This document shows positions 38,010-48,447 of a stretch of 64,000 nt of DNA, one piece after another. The stretch spans positions 224,001 to 288,000 of the forward strand of contig JBMNJG010000007.1 of assembly GCA_050951545.1 (NCBI GenBank). The letters are read 5' to 3'. This DNA is from Limnochordia bacterium (GTDB lineage: Bacteria > Bacillota > Limnochordia > DTU080). The notes beneath the pieces are model-generated. The model did no database searches. It was given only the letters and a program-made list of their open reading frames with translations, and was not told the origin of the DNA. A program made the position numbers and the translations under genes. Within the stretch, counting starts at the first letter, position 1; every line of letters starts with the position of its first letter.

Positions 38010-38046
38010 ATAAGGATACCGATAATCTGTGTCGAATGACCTCTCC

Positions 38047-38080
38047 GTGCCATGGGTTCGCCTACGCGAACCCATGGCAC
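38047..38080. repeat. Perfect 15-bp stem hairpin (terminator or mRNA-stabilising element)
   Basis: GTGCCATGGGTTCGC-CTAC-GCGAACCCATGGCAC, with no U-tract. Confidence 0.6.
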
Positions 38081-38126
38081 GAGTTAAGGGTATGACACTC
38101 AGAAATTCACGGAAGAAGGCGAGACC

Positions 38127-39377
38127 ATGAAAGCCGAGATTGTAAAGTATGCACTCGATCGCGTACCACTATCGCTCATCATTGATGACTCTACGCCACT
38201 AATCAACCTCAACTACTTCTTCTTGCGTGACCGCAACAAGCATACCGGACAGAACCAACGCTGGGAGGATATCCCTGTTGTACACCCGGAGTCCTTTACT
38301 CGCGAGTGGGCCGAGTGGTGCGCGGAGAATGGAGTGCGAGGCAAGTTCAGTGTGGTGCCGTGCCCGGCAGGCCTCGGTCGTATTGATGAGGGGCTGGCCC
38401 TGTTTGGGCAAGAGCAGCTAGACAGCTGGCTGCGAATGTGCCGGGAAGTGATCACGCCTGTCTTTGATATCACTCCGGAGATGCTCACCCACACCTTTGT
38501 GCTTGATCTTCACACAATGCGTCCGCTGGAATCGCGCATCTGGGAGCAGTACGAATGGCAGAGGCTCCCCGAAGATCAGGAGGAGTGGGTTACCGATTAT
38601 ATCGCTCTGTCATGTCAGATATTAGCCAACGTAGGTCTCACGCCTACGGGGGTCACCTCGCCAGGAGGCTTTGGGGGCCAGAGTCTTCCGTTTTACGCGA
38701 AAGCTGCTGGCAATGCAGTGCGTCGGGTGACAGGGAACCCGACACCGTTCTTTTTCAAGAATGTCGTCATGAAGGGACCAGTACCCGTACCAGTATGGTA
38801 TGCGGACCGAGATGCAGGTACGGCTACGGGCGAGATCGTAGCGTCCACCGGTGATTGGACGGGGTCCTGGACGGGCTATGGTGTGGTCGACGCTGACAAG
38901 TATATTACCGCTGATCTCGGTAGCGGTCGGCTGCCCGACCTCATTGACACCGGAGAAGCAGCGATTCTGATCAGCCACTGGCAGGGATTCTATGGCCTGC
39001 ATGATGAGGACCGCCGTGGGTTTCGGGCGCTTAAGACTGTCGTTGAGCGGCTTAGAGCGCGTGATCCATACGGGGACCAGGCGCGCTGGCGCAAGGTCAG
39101 CGAGATCACCGACTATGCCTGTGCCCGTGAGATGGCAGAGCTACGTGTTGACGACAATGTCATTACCCTTGATCTGCCAGTACTGGTGCCTGAGCTTACC
39201 CTGCGCATAGCTGGGTTAGACCCCCGAGGTATTCGAGTAGGTGAGCAACCGCTCAAACGCGTAGGTAGCAGACGCTATCTGCAAAGCGGCACCTTCTGTA
39301 CTGAGAACCAGGAGACCTTGCTGGCCTTCGATCCGACGAACCGCACCTGCAGGGTAGAGGTGCTTCTGGATCACTAG
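38127..39377 (+). CDS. Hypothetical protein, NodB/GH57-like deacetylase fold suspected
   Basis: LIIDD, GKFSVVP, PEMLTH, GVTSPGGFG, ISHWQ pattern resembles polysaccharide deacetylase barrels. Confidence 0.5.
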   Translation: MKAEIVKYALDRVPLSLIIDDSTPLINLNYFFLRDRNKHTGQNQRWEDIPVVHPESFTREWAEWCAENGVRGKFSVVPCPAGLGRIDEGLALFGQEQLDSWLRMCREVITPVFDITPEMLTHTFVLDLHTMRPLESRIWEQYEWQRLPEDQEEWVTDYIALSCQILANVGLTPTGVTSPGGFGGQSLPFYAKAAGNAVRRVTGNPTPFFFKNVVMKGPVPVPVWYADRDAGTATGEIVASTGDWTGSWTGYGVVDADKYITADLGSGRLPDLIDTGEAAILISHWQGFYGLHDEDRRGFRALKTVVERLRARDPYGDQARWRKVSEITDYACAREMAELRVDDNVITLDLPVLVPELTLRIAGLDPRGIRVGEQPLKRVGSRRYLQSGTFCTENQETLLAFDPTNRTCRVEVLLDH

Positions 39378-39529
39378 CCGCTAGGGTTCGTTGGGGGCCA
39401 TGGCGTTGGGGGCCATTGGAGGAACGCGGTTGGCGTGCGGGCCGCATGGCCGGAAGGCATTTGGGTACTTGATAGCTAAGTAAATCTGTTGAGGGAGATT
39501 CCCTACTAGGCATGTAGGGGGACGATGCT

Positions 39530-40210
39530 ATGCTCGGGCGGTTTTCGTCCGTCTTTGATATCGTAGGCCCGGTCATGGTTGGGCCCTCCAGCTCGCACAC
39601 CGCGGGGGCAGCTCGCATTGGGGCGCTTGCTCGTCGGGTGTTGGGAGAGATACCTGGCTGGGCCATTTGTACGCTTTACGACTCGTTTGCTCTCACTGGC
39701 AGCGGGCATGGGACTGATATCGCATTGGTAGGCGGGCTGCTAGGATTGGAGAGTCACGATCCTCGTCTCGTTCATGCGTTGGAGATGGCTGAAGAGGCGG
39801 GTCTAAAGATCGAATGGGAGATGGGTGAGAAGAGCCCTACAGGTCATCCGAACGCGGTGCGCCTGCGCCTCACAGGTGCCATCACGGGTATCTGCACTGA
39901 TATCCATGCGGTTTCGCAGGGTGGGGGCAAAGTAGCGGTGGTGCAGATCGACGGTTTTTCCGTCACGCTTACGGGGTTGTACCCCACGTTGCTCGTGTTT
40001 CACCGCGATGTGGCGGGAGCTATCGCTCAGGTGACCACAGCTGTCGCAGCGGGTGGCTGCAACATAGCCCGTATGGAGGTGGCCAGGCAGTCTCGGGGGA
40101 AAAACGCCCTGATGGTGATGGAACTTGATCAGTCACCGAGTGCCGATGTGGTAGCTGAGATCAACAGCGTGAGTGCGGTTTATCGCGTGCGCACGGTTGT
40201 TCCTGAGTAA
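39530..40210 (+). CDS. sdaAB: L-serine dehydratase, iron-sulfur-dependent, beta subunit
   Basis: SVFDIVGPVMVGPSSSHTAGA, GHGTD, C-terminal ACT domain. Confidence 0.95.
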   Translation: MLGRFSSVFDIVGPVMVGPSSSHTAGAARIGALARRVLGEIPGWAICTLYDSFALTGSGHGTDIALVGGLLGLESHDPRLVHALEMAEEAGLKIEWEMGEKSPTGHPNAVRLRLTGAITGICTDIHAVSQGGGKVAVVQIDGFSVTLTGLYPTLLVFHRDVAGAIAQVTTAVAAGGCNIARMEVARQSRGKNALMVMELDQSPSADVVAEINSVSAVYRVRTVVPE

Positions 40211-40226
40211 GACGGGGGGTGCTTTC

Positions 40227-41138
40227 GTGGCCTGGGATTCCATTGCTGCGCTGCTCAATGCAGCGATCGAGGAAGAAAAAGGAATCGGCGAGATCGTTCT
40301 GGCCTCCGAGGCCGAAGAGACGGGAAGCAGCCCGGAAGAGCTGCTGGCCCGCATGGATGATCATCTTAGTGTGATGCAGCGAGCTATCAACCAGGGCCTG
40401 CATGAGTCAGTGAAGTCGCGCAGTGGATTGGTAGGCGGGCAGGCTCAGCAGCTGGCGCGGTATGCGGTAGACGGCACCACCTTGTCGGGCGAGACTGCTC
40501 TGCGGGCAGCGATCTACGCAACGGCGACGCTGGAGGTCAACGCGGCGATGGGTCGGATCGTGGCCGCACCTACGGCTGGATCTAGTGGTATTTTGCCTGG
40601 TGTGGTGTTTGCTGTAGCGGAGCGGCTGGGCACCCCACGTCGGGAGATGGTATTAGCCCTTTTCTGCGCCGGCGCTGTAGGTCTCGTGATTGCCAACAAA
40701 GCTGGCATCTCTGGTGCAGAGGGTGGTTGCCAGGCAGAGGTGGGTACGGCAACGGCCATGGCTGCTGCAGCGGCCACACAGATGGCCGGAGGCACTCCCC
40801 AGCAGGCATGCCAGGCAGTGGCTCTCGCCTTGAAAAACGCGCTGGGCTTGGTGTGTGATCCGGTAGCAGGCCTGGTTGAGGTGCCCTGCGTGAAGCGCAA
40901 CACTCTGTACACGCCACTGGCGCTGATGGCGGCCGACATGGCGTTGGCCGGGATCGTGAGTGTGATTCCGGTGGACGAAGTGATCGAGGCCATGGCACAG
41001 ATAGGCAGATCCATTCCCGCGGCATTACGGGAGACAGCCCAGGGAGGCTTGGCCATCACTCCAACCGGGAAACAGCTGATGCAACGGCTCACTTGCAGGG
41101 CTCGCCCTGGCACTGCAGCAGAGAGCCATGCGCCATGA
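40227..41138 (+). CDS. sdaAA: L-serine dehydratase, iron-sulfur-dependent, alpha subunit
   Basis: Motifs VAAPTAGSSG, SGAEGGCQAEVG, GLVCDPVAGLVEVPCVKRN, LRETAQGGLA. Confidence 0.95.
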   Translation: MAWDSIAALLNAAIEEEKGIGEIVLASEAEETGSSPEELLARMDDHLSVMQRAINQGLHESVKSRSGLVGGQAQQLARYAVDGTTLSGETALRAAIYATATLEVNAAMGRIVAAPTAGSSGILPGVVFAVAERLGTPRREMVLALFCAGAVGLVIANKAGISGAEGGCQAEVGTATAMAAAAATQMAGGTPQQACQAVALALKNALGLVCDPVAGLVEVPCVKRNTLYTPLALMAADMALAGIVSVIPVDEVIEAMAQIGRSIPAALRETAQGGLAITPTGKQLMQRLTCRARPGTAAESHAP

Positions 41139-41575
41139 GTGGCCAAGCGTGCTGCATACTACCGATGCAGATTGATCATTTGCCTGCCCTACAAGCCCTG
41201 TGGAGATCTATCCCTGGTATCGGGCTTAGTTCAGCAGATACGGTAGAGGATCTCGCCGTGTTTCTTTCTCGCAATCCAACCACCTGTTTTGTGGCCATGG
41301 ACCACGGTTCGCTGGTCGGTTCTGTTCTCGGTGGATCTGATGGGCGGCGCGGATATGTCTACCACCTTGCCGTAGTGGAGCGGGCGCGGCAGCAAGGTTT
41401 GGGAAAGGCATTACTGGCCCAGGCTTTGCAGGGGTTTCGAGCACTCGGAATCCAGAAAGCTCACCTTTTTGTTTTCGGCTCTAACGGCTTGGCTATCTCA
41501 TTTTACCAAAGCCAGGGCTGGCAGCTGCGCGAGGACATAGCGGTGATGTCTAAGGCTCTGGATAGCACTTTGTGA
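41135..41575 (+). CDS. GNAT family N-acetyltransferase (YpeA-like)
   Basis: DGRRGYVYHLAV...RQQGLG, N..A..FY...GW. ATGA overlap with sdaAA. Confidence 0.85.
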   Translation: MSGQACCILPMQIDHLPALQALWRSIPGIGLSSADTVEDLAVFLSRNPTTCFVAMDHGSLVGSVLGGSDGRRGYVYHLAVVERARQQGLGKALLAQALQGFRALGIQKAHLFVFGSNGLAISFYQSQGWQLREDIAVMSKALDSTL

Positions 41576-41628
41576 GAAGAGGGCGACTTTAGGCGCTGCC
41601 AGGGCCCAATCATCATGGGGGGAACGTT

Positions 41629-42897
41629 TTGTCCGGACATCGGTATACAGGCACGCCACAGTTAATGAAGGAAATTAACAAGTCGATGATCCTCGATCTG
41701 GTCAGGCGCAAAGATGCAATCTCCCGCGCCGACATCGCCAAGGAGCTGCATTTGAGTCCTCCTACGGTCTCAAAGATCATCGATCAGTTGATCGCGACTG
41801 GGTGGATCCTGGAAATCGGCACTGGCGAGTCTAGCGGCGGGCGTCGACCACTCTTGCTGCAGTTTAATGCCCAGCATGGGTACGCAATTGGTGCCTGGGT
41901 GGGTGACAGTAGCCTCATTGCTGCAGTGGCCGACCTCTGCGGTAACATTGTGCTGAAAAAAACAGTGGAGCGCCGGTCACTGGCCAGGGAGCCAATGTCA
42001 GAAAGAGCGAAAGGCAGTAGGCCCGCTCCCTTGGAAGAAGAGTTGATCCTACTGTTGTATCGGACGCTAAGAGAAGCGGGCGTTCCGGCCGACAAGTTGC
42101 GCAGCATCGGAGTTGCGGTATGCGGGATTACGCGAATCGAAAAAGGGACCGTGGTGAGAGGACGCTATCTGCCCGGTTGGGAAGACTTTCCTATTCAGCA
42201 GGTATTGGAGAAGGAGTTCAGTGTTCCTGTAGTGGCAGACGGAGACACATTCATGGCTGTATTGGGCGAAGCGTGGAAAGGTGCGGGGCAGGGGCTGAGC
42301 CACCTGGTACGAGTGACGCTGGGAGAGGGTATCGGTTGCGGCATACTCATCGACGCCAAGCCCTACCGGGGCGCCAGCGGAGCCGCTGGCGAGATTGGAG
42401 ATCTGATTGTCCACGACAGTCTCGGAGAACGCTCCACATCAGACAAAGGTGGCTATCTTGAGGAGATGGCTGGCTTTTCCTCTTTGGTGGCAGGTGCTCA
42501 ACAAGCCATACAGCAGGGCCGTGAGACGCTTATCGCGGAGCTATGCACCAATGATCTGGAGCAAGTGACGCCCGGCATGGTGTTCCAGGCCGCCCTGAGG
42601 GACGATCAGTTAGCGATGGAGCTTCTGCATACGATCTCCGCTGCGCTGGGACGGGCTATCGCGAATATCATCAGCGTGCTCAATCCTGAGCAGGTGATCT
42701 TGGGCGGCGAGTTCGGAAATGCAGGTTCGTTAGTACTGCGGATGGTGGAGGAGCACGTGCAGGCACTAGTGGCTACGCCGCCTCCTATGAAGCTGTCGAG
42801 GCTTGGACGCGATGCAGAAATCTACGGGGCCATATCCTTGGCGCTCGAGCAGGCTACTCCCGTAGTGGCGGTCAGGTACGCGCCTGGAACGCCGTAG
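41629..42897 (+). CDS. ROK family transcriptional regulator
   Basis: N-terminal HTH ISRADIA...LSPPTVS, GGRRP, GIGCG, AGEIG, GYLE, NPEQVILGG. Confidence 0.9.
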   Translation: MSGHRYTGTPQLMKEINKSMILDLVRRKDAISRADIAKELHLSPPTVSKIIDQLIATGWILEIGTGESSGGRRPLLLQFNAQHGYAIGAWVGDSSLIAAVADLCGNIVLKKTVERRSLAREPMSERAKGSRPAPLEEELILLLYRTLREAGVPADKLRSIGVAVCGITRIEKGTVVRGRYLPGWEDFPIQQVLEKEFSVPVVADGDTFMAVLGEAWKGAGQGLSHLVRVTLGEGIGCGILIDAKPYRGASGAAGEIGDLIVHDSLGERSTSDKGGYLEEMAGFSSLVAGAQQAIQQGRETLIAELCTNDLEQVTPGMVFQAALRDDQLAMELLHTISAALGRAIANIISVLNPEQVILGGEFGNAGSLVLRMVEEHVQALVATPPPMKLSRLGRDAEIYGAISLALEQATPVVAVRYAPGTP

Positions 42898-42989
42898 GCA
42901 ACTTCTCTCGTCTAGAAAGGAGGGAAGTTGGTAAGGGTAGGGAAGAAAGTAGCATGGATCGTGAGCACGTAGCATAAGGAGGAGTCTTC

Positions 42990-43958
42990 ATGGCAGGTAG
43001 CTCTGGTTGGGACGCGTTGGTAGAGCAGCTAGATCGTGGAGCGGATTTCCAGTACGGTTTGGCCAAGTTCATCTCGTTTCAGGATCCTGAGGCATGCGCC
43101 AGGGTCCGCGCTATACCGAAATCAAAGATCACGGAGCACTCGAACCCGGAGTTCAAGATAGAGGTCATTGATGAGAAACACGAGTTTTATCTTTCCTTCG
43201 CTCTTGATATCGTCTCGCGCATTCGAGAGGCACGGGAGGCAGGCCGCAAATTCGTAGGCATCTTCCCAGTAGGTCCAGTACCTCAGTTCGCAATGGCGGC
43301 GGCGATGATCAACCAAATGCGCTTGTCCATGGACCATTGCCACATCTTCGCCATGGATGAGTACGCTGACAAGGATGGCAATACAGCTCCGGCGGGATGG
43401 GAAGGATCGTTCCAGCGGGCGATGGCACGCAACTTCTTCCTAAGGGTCGATGCTGACCTGCGTCCGCCTCTGGAGCAGGTGCATTTCCCGACCACCGATA
43501 AGCTTGCTAGCTATGGGAAGATGATCGAGGATCTGGGTGGCGCCGATGTGGTCTACGGTGGCGTTGGCTGGTGTGGTCACATTGCCTTCTGGGAAGCCCA
43601 TCTTGCTGAGGAATTTGGGGGCGACCTGGAGGTCTTCAAGGCTTCAGGGCCTCGTTTCGTGGAACTCAACCCGATGACGATCATGCAGAACGCTCTCCAT
43701 TCATTCAGTGGTGACTGGTCATGGGTGCCTCCCTATGCCAATACCATTGGACCAGCGCAGATTGTTAATGCTCGCTATCGCAGCTTCTGGCTCGATGGGG
43801 AATGCGGCGGCAGCATGAGCTGGCAGCGCTTTATTGCTCGTCTCAGCGCCCACGGACCAGTGACACCGTATGTCCCGGGTTCGATTCTGCAGACCCTGCC
43901 AGGCCGTTACGTCATCTTGGGTAGCGTGGCCGATGACATGGCAATTCACATGTCATAG
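42990..43958 (+). CDS. Divergent glucosamine-6-phosphate deaminase/isomerase (NagB-like)
   Basis: FAMDEY and GGVGWCGHIAFWE (compare NagB GIGxNGHIGFNE), GPVT...PGSILQ. PVGP replaces the canonical ATGSTP. Confidence 0.7.
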   Translation: MAGSSGWDALVEQLDRGADFQYGLAKFISFQDPEACARVRAIPKSKITEHSNPEFKIEVIDEKHEFYLSFALDIVSRIREAREAGRKFVGIFPVGPVPQFAMAAAMINQMRLSMDHCHIFAMDEYADKDGNTAPAGWEGSFQRAMARNFFLRVDADLRPPLEQVHFPTTDKLASYGKMIEDLGGADVVYGGVGWCGHIAFWEAHLAEEFGGDLEVFKASGPRFVELNPMTIMQNALHSFSGDWSWVPPYANTIGPAQIVNARYRSFWLDGECGGSMSWQRFIARLSAHGPVTPYVPGSILQTLPGRYVILGSVADDMAIHMS

Positions 43959-44099
43959 CCGGCTACAGCATGCGCTAAGGAAAAAGCAGCCGCGCATGGG
44001 CGCCCACCCCTCAGGGGTGGCTACCCATAGACCGACTAGCCGTAAATGAACGGCGCTCATGTCAATGATGCGCTAGAGGACAAACAAAGGAGCCTGAAA

Positions 44100-44813
44100 A
44101 TGCGCGTTCTTGCGGTTGGGGCCCACCCCGATGATCTGGAGATTCTCTGTGCTGGTACACTCGCTCGCTATCGCCAGGCTGGGCACGAGGTAGTGATGGC
44201 TCACGCCTGCAATGGCGACTGCGGTCACTTCATCATTCCACCTGCTGAATTGGCAGCTATGCGTGATGCCGAGGCTAAGGCTGCGGCCGCCATCATCGAA
44301 GCAGAGGTGCTTACTCTGCCCGATATGGGCGATGGCGACATCATGGCCAATGATCCCAAGGCTCGCATGGGTATGGTGGATATTATTCGCAAAGCTCGTC
44401 CCGACGTGATTATCACGCATGCTCCCGAGGATTACATGCCAGATCACGTGGCCGTAACCGAGCTGGTGTTTTTTGCCAGCTTCTTTGCCTCTGTTCCACA
44501 TTGGAAGACCGAACAGGATACTCCTCATCACGATAAGGTGCCTCCCATCTACTACATGGACACGCTGGCCAGCGTCGGTTTCATGCCGGAGGAGTATGTC
44601 GATATCACCGACACACTGGATATCAAGGCAAAGATGCTGGAGTGCCACGAAAGCCAGCTGACGTGGATGCGGGAGCACGACAAGATCGATATGGTTGAGT
44701 TTGTGACGGCCATGGCTCGCGCCCGTGGACTACAGTCCGGGGTGCGCTACGCTGAAGGATTTCGGCGTTTGCGCACGTGGCCTAGGGTGACCACGGAGCG
44801 GCTGTTACCGTAG
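44100..44813 (+). CDS. PIG-L/LmbE family N-acetylhexosamine deacetylase
   Basis: Motifs AHPDDLE, R..EA, ITH..DY.PDH, VDIT, HESQ. Confidence 0.9.
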   Translation: MRVLAVGAHPDDLEILCAGTLARYRQAGHEVVMAHACNGDCGHFIIPPAELAAMRDAEAKAAAAIIEAEVLTLPDMGDGDIMANDPKARMGMVDIIRKARPDVIITHAPEDYMPDHVAVTELVFFASFFASVPHWKTEQDTPHHDKVPPIYYMDTLASVGFMPEEYVDITDTLDIKAKMLECHESQLTWMREHDKIDMVEFVTAMARARGLQSGVRYAEGFRRLRTWPRVTTERLLP

Positions 44814-44859
44814 TATCCGGAATGTCTTTTTGGGTGCGTCAGAAAGGGGCGGATGAAGA

Positions 44860-45897
44860 GTGACGATTAGGTGGGGGGTGCTCGGTGCTGGTGGTATCGC
44901 AGATCGCCGGACGATCCCCGAAGGCATTACACAGGCCACGGATGCACAATTAGTAGCCGTCATGGACGTCGACAGGGGGCGTGCTCAGGCAGTAGGCGAG
45001 AAGTATGGCGTAGACTGGTACCGCAGTCCTACCGAGCTTCTGGCGCGTTCGGATATCGACGCAGTGTACATCGCTACCCCCGTTGTTCACCATGCTTCAC
45101 TCGTAGCCGAGGCAGCACGTCATGGGAAGCACGTTCTGTGTGAGAAGCCTCTTGCGCTAGACATAGCAGAGGCCGAAAAGCTCATCGAGAGCTGCGATGT
45201 GCACGGTGTGAAACTGGCCGTGGGCTACATGATGCGTTTCCATGGGGCGCACCAGAAGCTCAAGGCGATGATTGATAACGGTGAGTTGGGCCAGCCTGTA
45301 CTAGCGCGCGCTCAGCTCACCTGTTGGTATCCTCCTATTCCAGGTGCCTGGCGTCAGAGCCCGTCCCTGGGCGGAGGCGGGGCGTTGATGGATATGGGAA
45401 CGCACTGCATTGATCTGCTGGAGATGCTTTTGGGTCCGGTAGAATCAGTCATGGCCGATGTAACCACGTTGACACACGACTACGAGGTTGATGACTCTGC
45501 TTTGGTGATGCTGCGTTTCGCCAGCGGTGCCAAGGCCGTGGTGGACAGCAACTTCAACGTACCCGACGTAGCAGCCACGAATGTATTGGAAATCTATGGC
45601 ACCAAAGGTAGTGTCATTGGCAGCGGGACCATCGGACAGGATTCGGGCGGAAAGCTTATCGGTCGTATCGAGCGGGAGTCGCAAGGCTACGACGCACAGC
45701 AGCAGCGCGTAGCGGTTGCTGAGGAGTTGCCATTTACGCCAGTGAACCCCTATCGGGCAGAGGTAGAGAGCCTAGTGCGGGCGATCAAGACCGACACGAC
45801 GCCAGAGGTCGATGGGCAGGTTGGTCTGCGTAATCTCAAGGTGGCCTTGGCGGCGTATGAGGCGGCTCGTCTAGGCAAAGCGGTACGCATTTCGTAG
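44860..45897 (+). CDS. Gfo/Idh/MocA family oxidoreductase
   Basis: Motifs WGVLGAGGIA, CEKP, WR.....GGGALMDMGTH. Confidence 0.9.
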   Translation: MTIRWGVLGAGGIADRRTIPEGITQATDAQLVAVMDVDRGRAQAVGEKYGVDWYRSPTELLARSDIDAVYIATPVVHHASLVAEAARHGKHVLCEKPLALDIAEAEKLIESCDVHGVKLAVGYMMRFHGAHQKLKAMIDNGELGQPVLARAQLTCWYPPIPGAWRQSPSLGGGGALMDMGTHCIDLLEMLLGPVESVMADVTTLTHDYEVDDSALVMLRFASGAKAVVDSNFNVPDVAATNVLEIYGTKGSVIGSGTIGQDSGGKLIGRIERESQGYDAQQQRVAVAEELPFTPVNPYRAEVESLVRAIKTDTTPEVDGQVGLRNLKVALAAYEAARLGKAVRIS

Positions 45898-46041
45898 TAC
45901 GCGTTGGCACTGGCAGGAAAAAGTGAACCAGGCGCTAGGAACTGTTGTGTAGCTTACTAAAGAAGGGTAATAAACTGCGGTGGCCTGGATGATCTGGCCA
46001 AGAGCTGGCCTTCCGGGACGCCGACAAAGAGGTGTGTATTT

Positions 46042-47325
46042 ATGGCGAAAGAGACCTTGGCCATCAATGGCGGCAAGCCCGTAACCACAGAGCCATTCCC
46101 GATGTGGCCGCAGTTCGAGGAATCGACCATTGAGGCGGCGATGGAGCCGCTACGTACGGGTAAGGTGAATTACTGGACTGGAACCCGTGGTGTCGAGTTC
46201 GAGAAGAAGTTCGCAGCCTGGTGCGGAGCGAAGTATGGCATCTCCACTTCAAACGGCACCAGCGCCTTGCACACGGCGTTGGCTGCCCTGGGTATAGGCC
46301 CCGGTGATGAGGTCATCACGTCTTCCTATACGTTCATTGCGTCGTCATTCTGCGTCTGCCAAGCGGGAGCAATCCCGGTTTTCGCGGACGTCTGCAAAGA
46401 GACACATACGATCGATCCAAAGTCTATCGAGGAGAAGATCACTGACAAGACCAAGGCGATAATCGTGGTCCACCTCTACGGTACCCCCTGTGATATGGAT
46501 CCGATCATGGAGATCGCTCGCCGGCACAATCTGTACGTCGTAGAAGACTGTGCTCAGGCGCATGGAGCGGTCTACAAGGGCAAGAAGGTAGGTACCATCG
46601 GGCATGTCGGGTGCTTCAGCTTCTGCCAGAGCAAGCACTTCACCACAGGCGGTGAGGGCGGATGTGTCATCACCGACGATGAAGACCTGGCTTGGGAATG
46701 CCGTTCTTTCCGTGACCATGGCTACAACGTGAAAGAGCGTCTCCGCCTGTTGGAGCTCGAAGCGAAACTGCTCTACATCCATAACAGAGTCGGCTTCAAC
46801 TATCGTCTTACAGAGACACAGTCGGTGATTGGACTGCGAGAGCTCGATCGTATGGACAGCTGGAACCTACCCAATCGGCGCCGCAACGGCGAGATGCTTC
46901 TCTCTGCGCTGCGCGACTGCCCACAAGTGCAGTACCTGCCTCCGCACAATGAGAATGGTGTCGTCAACGCCTTCTGGCTGTTTCCCATCGTCCTCAACCT
47001 AGACCGCCTCACGTGCGATAAAGCAACTTTCATGAAAGCTATCGAGGCAGAGGGCATCCCGGCAGTATTCGTGTTGTGGCCCCAAAGCTACAAGGAAAAG
47101 GCCTTTAGGGAGCATGGCGGCTTCGGTCAAGCGCGCTATCCGTTCCGGGATCCTCTCACCAATCCCGAAAGTGTAGCTTATGACAAGGCCTTCTGCCCCA
47201 ATGCAGCATGGCTTGAGGAGCGCACTTTCAGCTTCCCCGTACACCCAGTATACGAGCCACACCACATCAATCTCATGATCGAGGCTTTCTTGAAAGTGGC
47301 CAAGGCTTACGCCAAGCCTGAGTAG
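46042..47325 (+). CDS. DegT/DnrJ/EryC1/StrS PLP-dependent sugar aminotransferase
   Basis: Motifs NGTSAL, GDEVI, VHLYG, EDCAQAHG, FSFCQSKHFTTGGEGG, GFNYR. Confidence 0.92.
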   Translation: MAKETLAINGGKPVTTEPFPMWPQFEESTIEAAMEPLRTGKVNYWTGTRGVEFEKKFAAWCGAKYGISTSNGTSALHTALAALGIGPGDEVITSSYTFIASSFCVCQAGAIPVFADVCKETHTIDPKSIEEKITDKTKAIIVVHLYGTPCDMDPIMEIARRHNLYVVEDCAQAHGAVYKGKKVGTIGHVGCFSFCQSKHFTTGGEGGCVITDDEDLAWECRSFRDHGYNVKERLRLLELEAKLLYIHNRVGFNYRLTETQSVIGLRELDRMDSWNLPNRRRNGEMLLSALRDCPQVQYLPPHNENGVVNAFWLFPIVLNLDRLTCDKATFMKAIEAEGIPAVFVLWPQSYKEKAFREHGGFGQARYPFRDPLTNPESVAYDKAFCPNAAWLEERTFSFPVHPVYEPHHINLMIEAFLKVAKAYAKPE

Positions 47326-47361
47326 CCTCGTGAACACTGTTTCGTAGGGAGGCATAACGCG

Positions 47362-48369
47362 ATGAGTCAAGTACGCTTGGGTATTGTCGGATGCGGAGGC
47401 ATGTCTAAGGCGCACGCCCGTGGCTTCGCAGATCTAGCTGATCGGGTCAGTGTTGTAGCTACTGTAGACGTCATTGAAGAGCGCGCTCGCCAAGCAGCAG
47501 AGCTCTTCCCCGGGGCGAAGGCTGCTACGGATTACCGTTCTGTCCTTGATGATGTAGACGCGGTGCTTCTGGTTCTGCCTCATCATCTGCACCATCCGAT
47601 AGCGAAAGCCTGTCTAGAGGCTGGAAAGCACGTGCTGCTCGAGAAGCCGATGGCGAATAGCGAAGAGGAATGCCTCGACCTTATCGAGACATCCAAGAAG
47701 GCTGACCGCGTGCTCATGATCGCATATTGCATGCGCTTCCATCCCTTGGTGGTCCGGCTGAAGCAACTCGTAGACGAACGGGCCTATGGTGATATGTTCC
47801 AGTTGTCGATCTGGACCGAGCAGCTGACCAAGTATCCGCCTGATCACTGGGCCAGCAGTGCCGCCACCTTGGGGGGCGGGCAGCTTTTCAGCCATGGGTG
47901 CCACTACATTGATCTCTTGCTCTGGTTTTTGGGCAAGCCACTGCGGGGAACACATCTTGGCACTAACTTCGGTACTCCTTGGATGGAGCGAGAAGGGACG
48001 AGCAACGTTTCCATGGAGTTTGAAGGGGGCCGGCTAGGATACCACTTCGGCACATGGGGAGCTCGAGGATCGCGGCTGAGGTATTCGTTCCATGCTCACT
48101 GCACCGATGGAATGCTCGAAGCGGCGACGACGCAGGGCAAGCTCTATCTGCATCAGAGGGGCCAGGAGAAGGTTCTCATGGAAGCGGAGGCGGGCAAGCA
48201 TACGCAGAACGAGATGACTCACTTCCTGGAGTGCATCGAAACTGGTCGTCGTCCTCTCACAGACGGCTTGGGTAGTCTGCAAGGTTTGCGCGTGATCTGG
48301 CGTCTTTATGAGGCAGAAGAACAGCATACGGTGGCTGATTTGCACGGCTTGGGTCTAGACGAGATCTAA
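47362..48369 (+). CDS. Gfo/Idh/MocA family oxidoreductase
   Basis: Motifs GIVGCGGM, LEKP, GGGQLFSHGCHYID. Confidence 0.9.
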   Translation: MSQVRLGIVGCGGMSKAHARGFADLADRVSVVATVDVIEERARQAAELFPGAKAATDYRSVLDDVDAVLLVLPHHLHHPIAKACLEAGKHVLLEKPMANSEEECLDLIETSKKADRVLMIAYCMRFHPLVVRLKQLVDERAYGDMFQLSIWTEQLTKYPPDHWASSAATLGGGQLFSHGCHYIDLLLWFLGKPLRGTHLGTNFGTPWMEREGTSNVSMEFEGGRLGYHFGTWGARGSRLRYSFHAHCTDGMLEAATTQGKLYLHQRGQEKVLMEAEAGKHTQNEMTHFLECIETGRRPLTDGLGSLQGLRVIWRLYEAEEQHTVADLHGLGLDEI

Positions 48370-48391
48370 GGCGCAGTAGCTGAACAGACTG

Positions 48392-48430
48392 ACGGCGGTG
48401 CGGACGGTAGAGTCTTCTGCGCCGCCGTTT
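48392..48430 (+). terminator. Intergenic hairpin, possible internal terminator
   Basis: ACGGCGGTGCGGA...TCTGCGCCGCCGTTT. Confidence 0.4.
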
Positions 48431-48447
48431 ACAGATACAGAGAGAAG

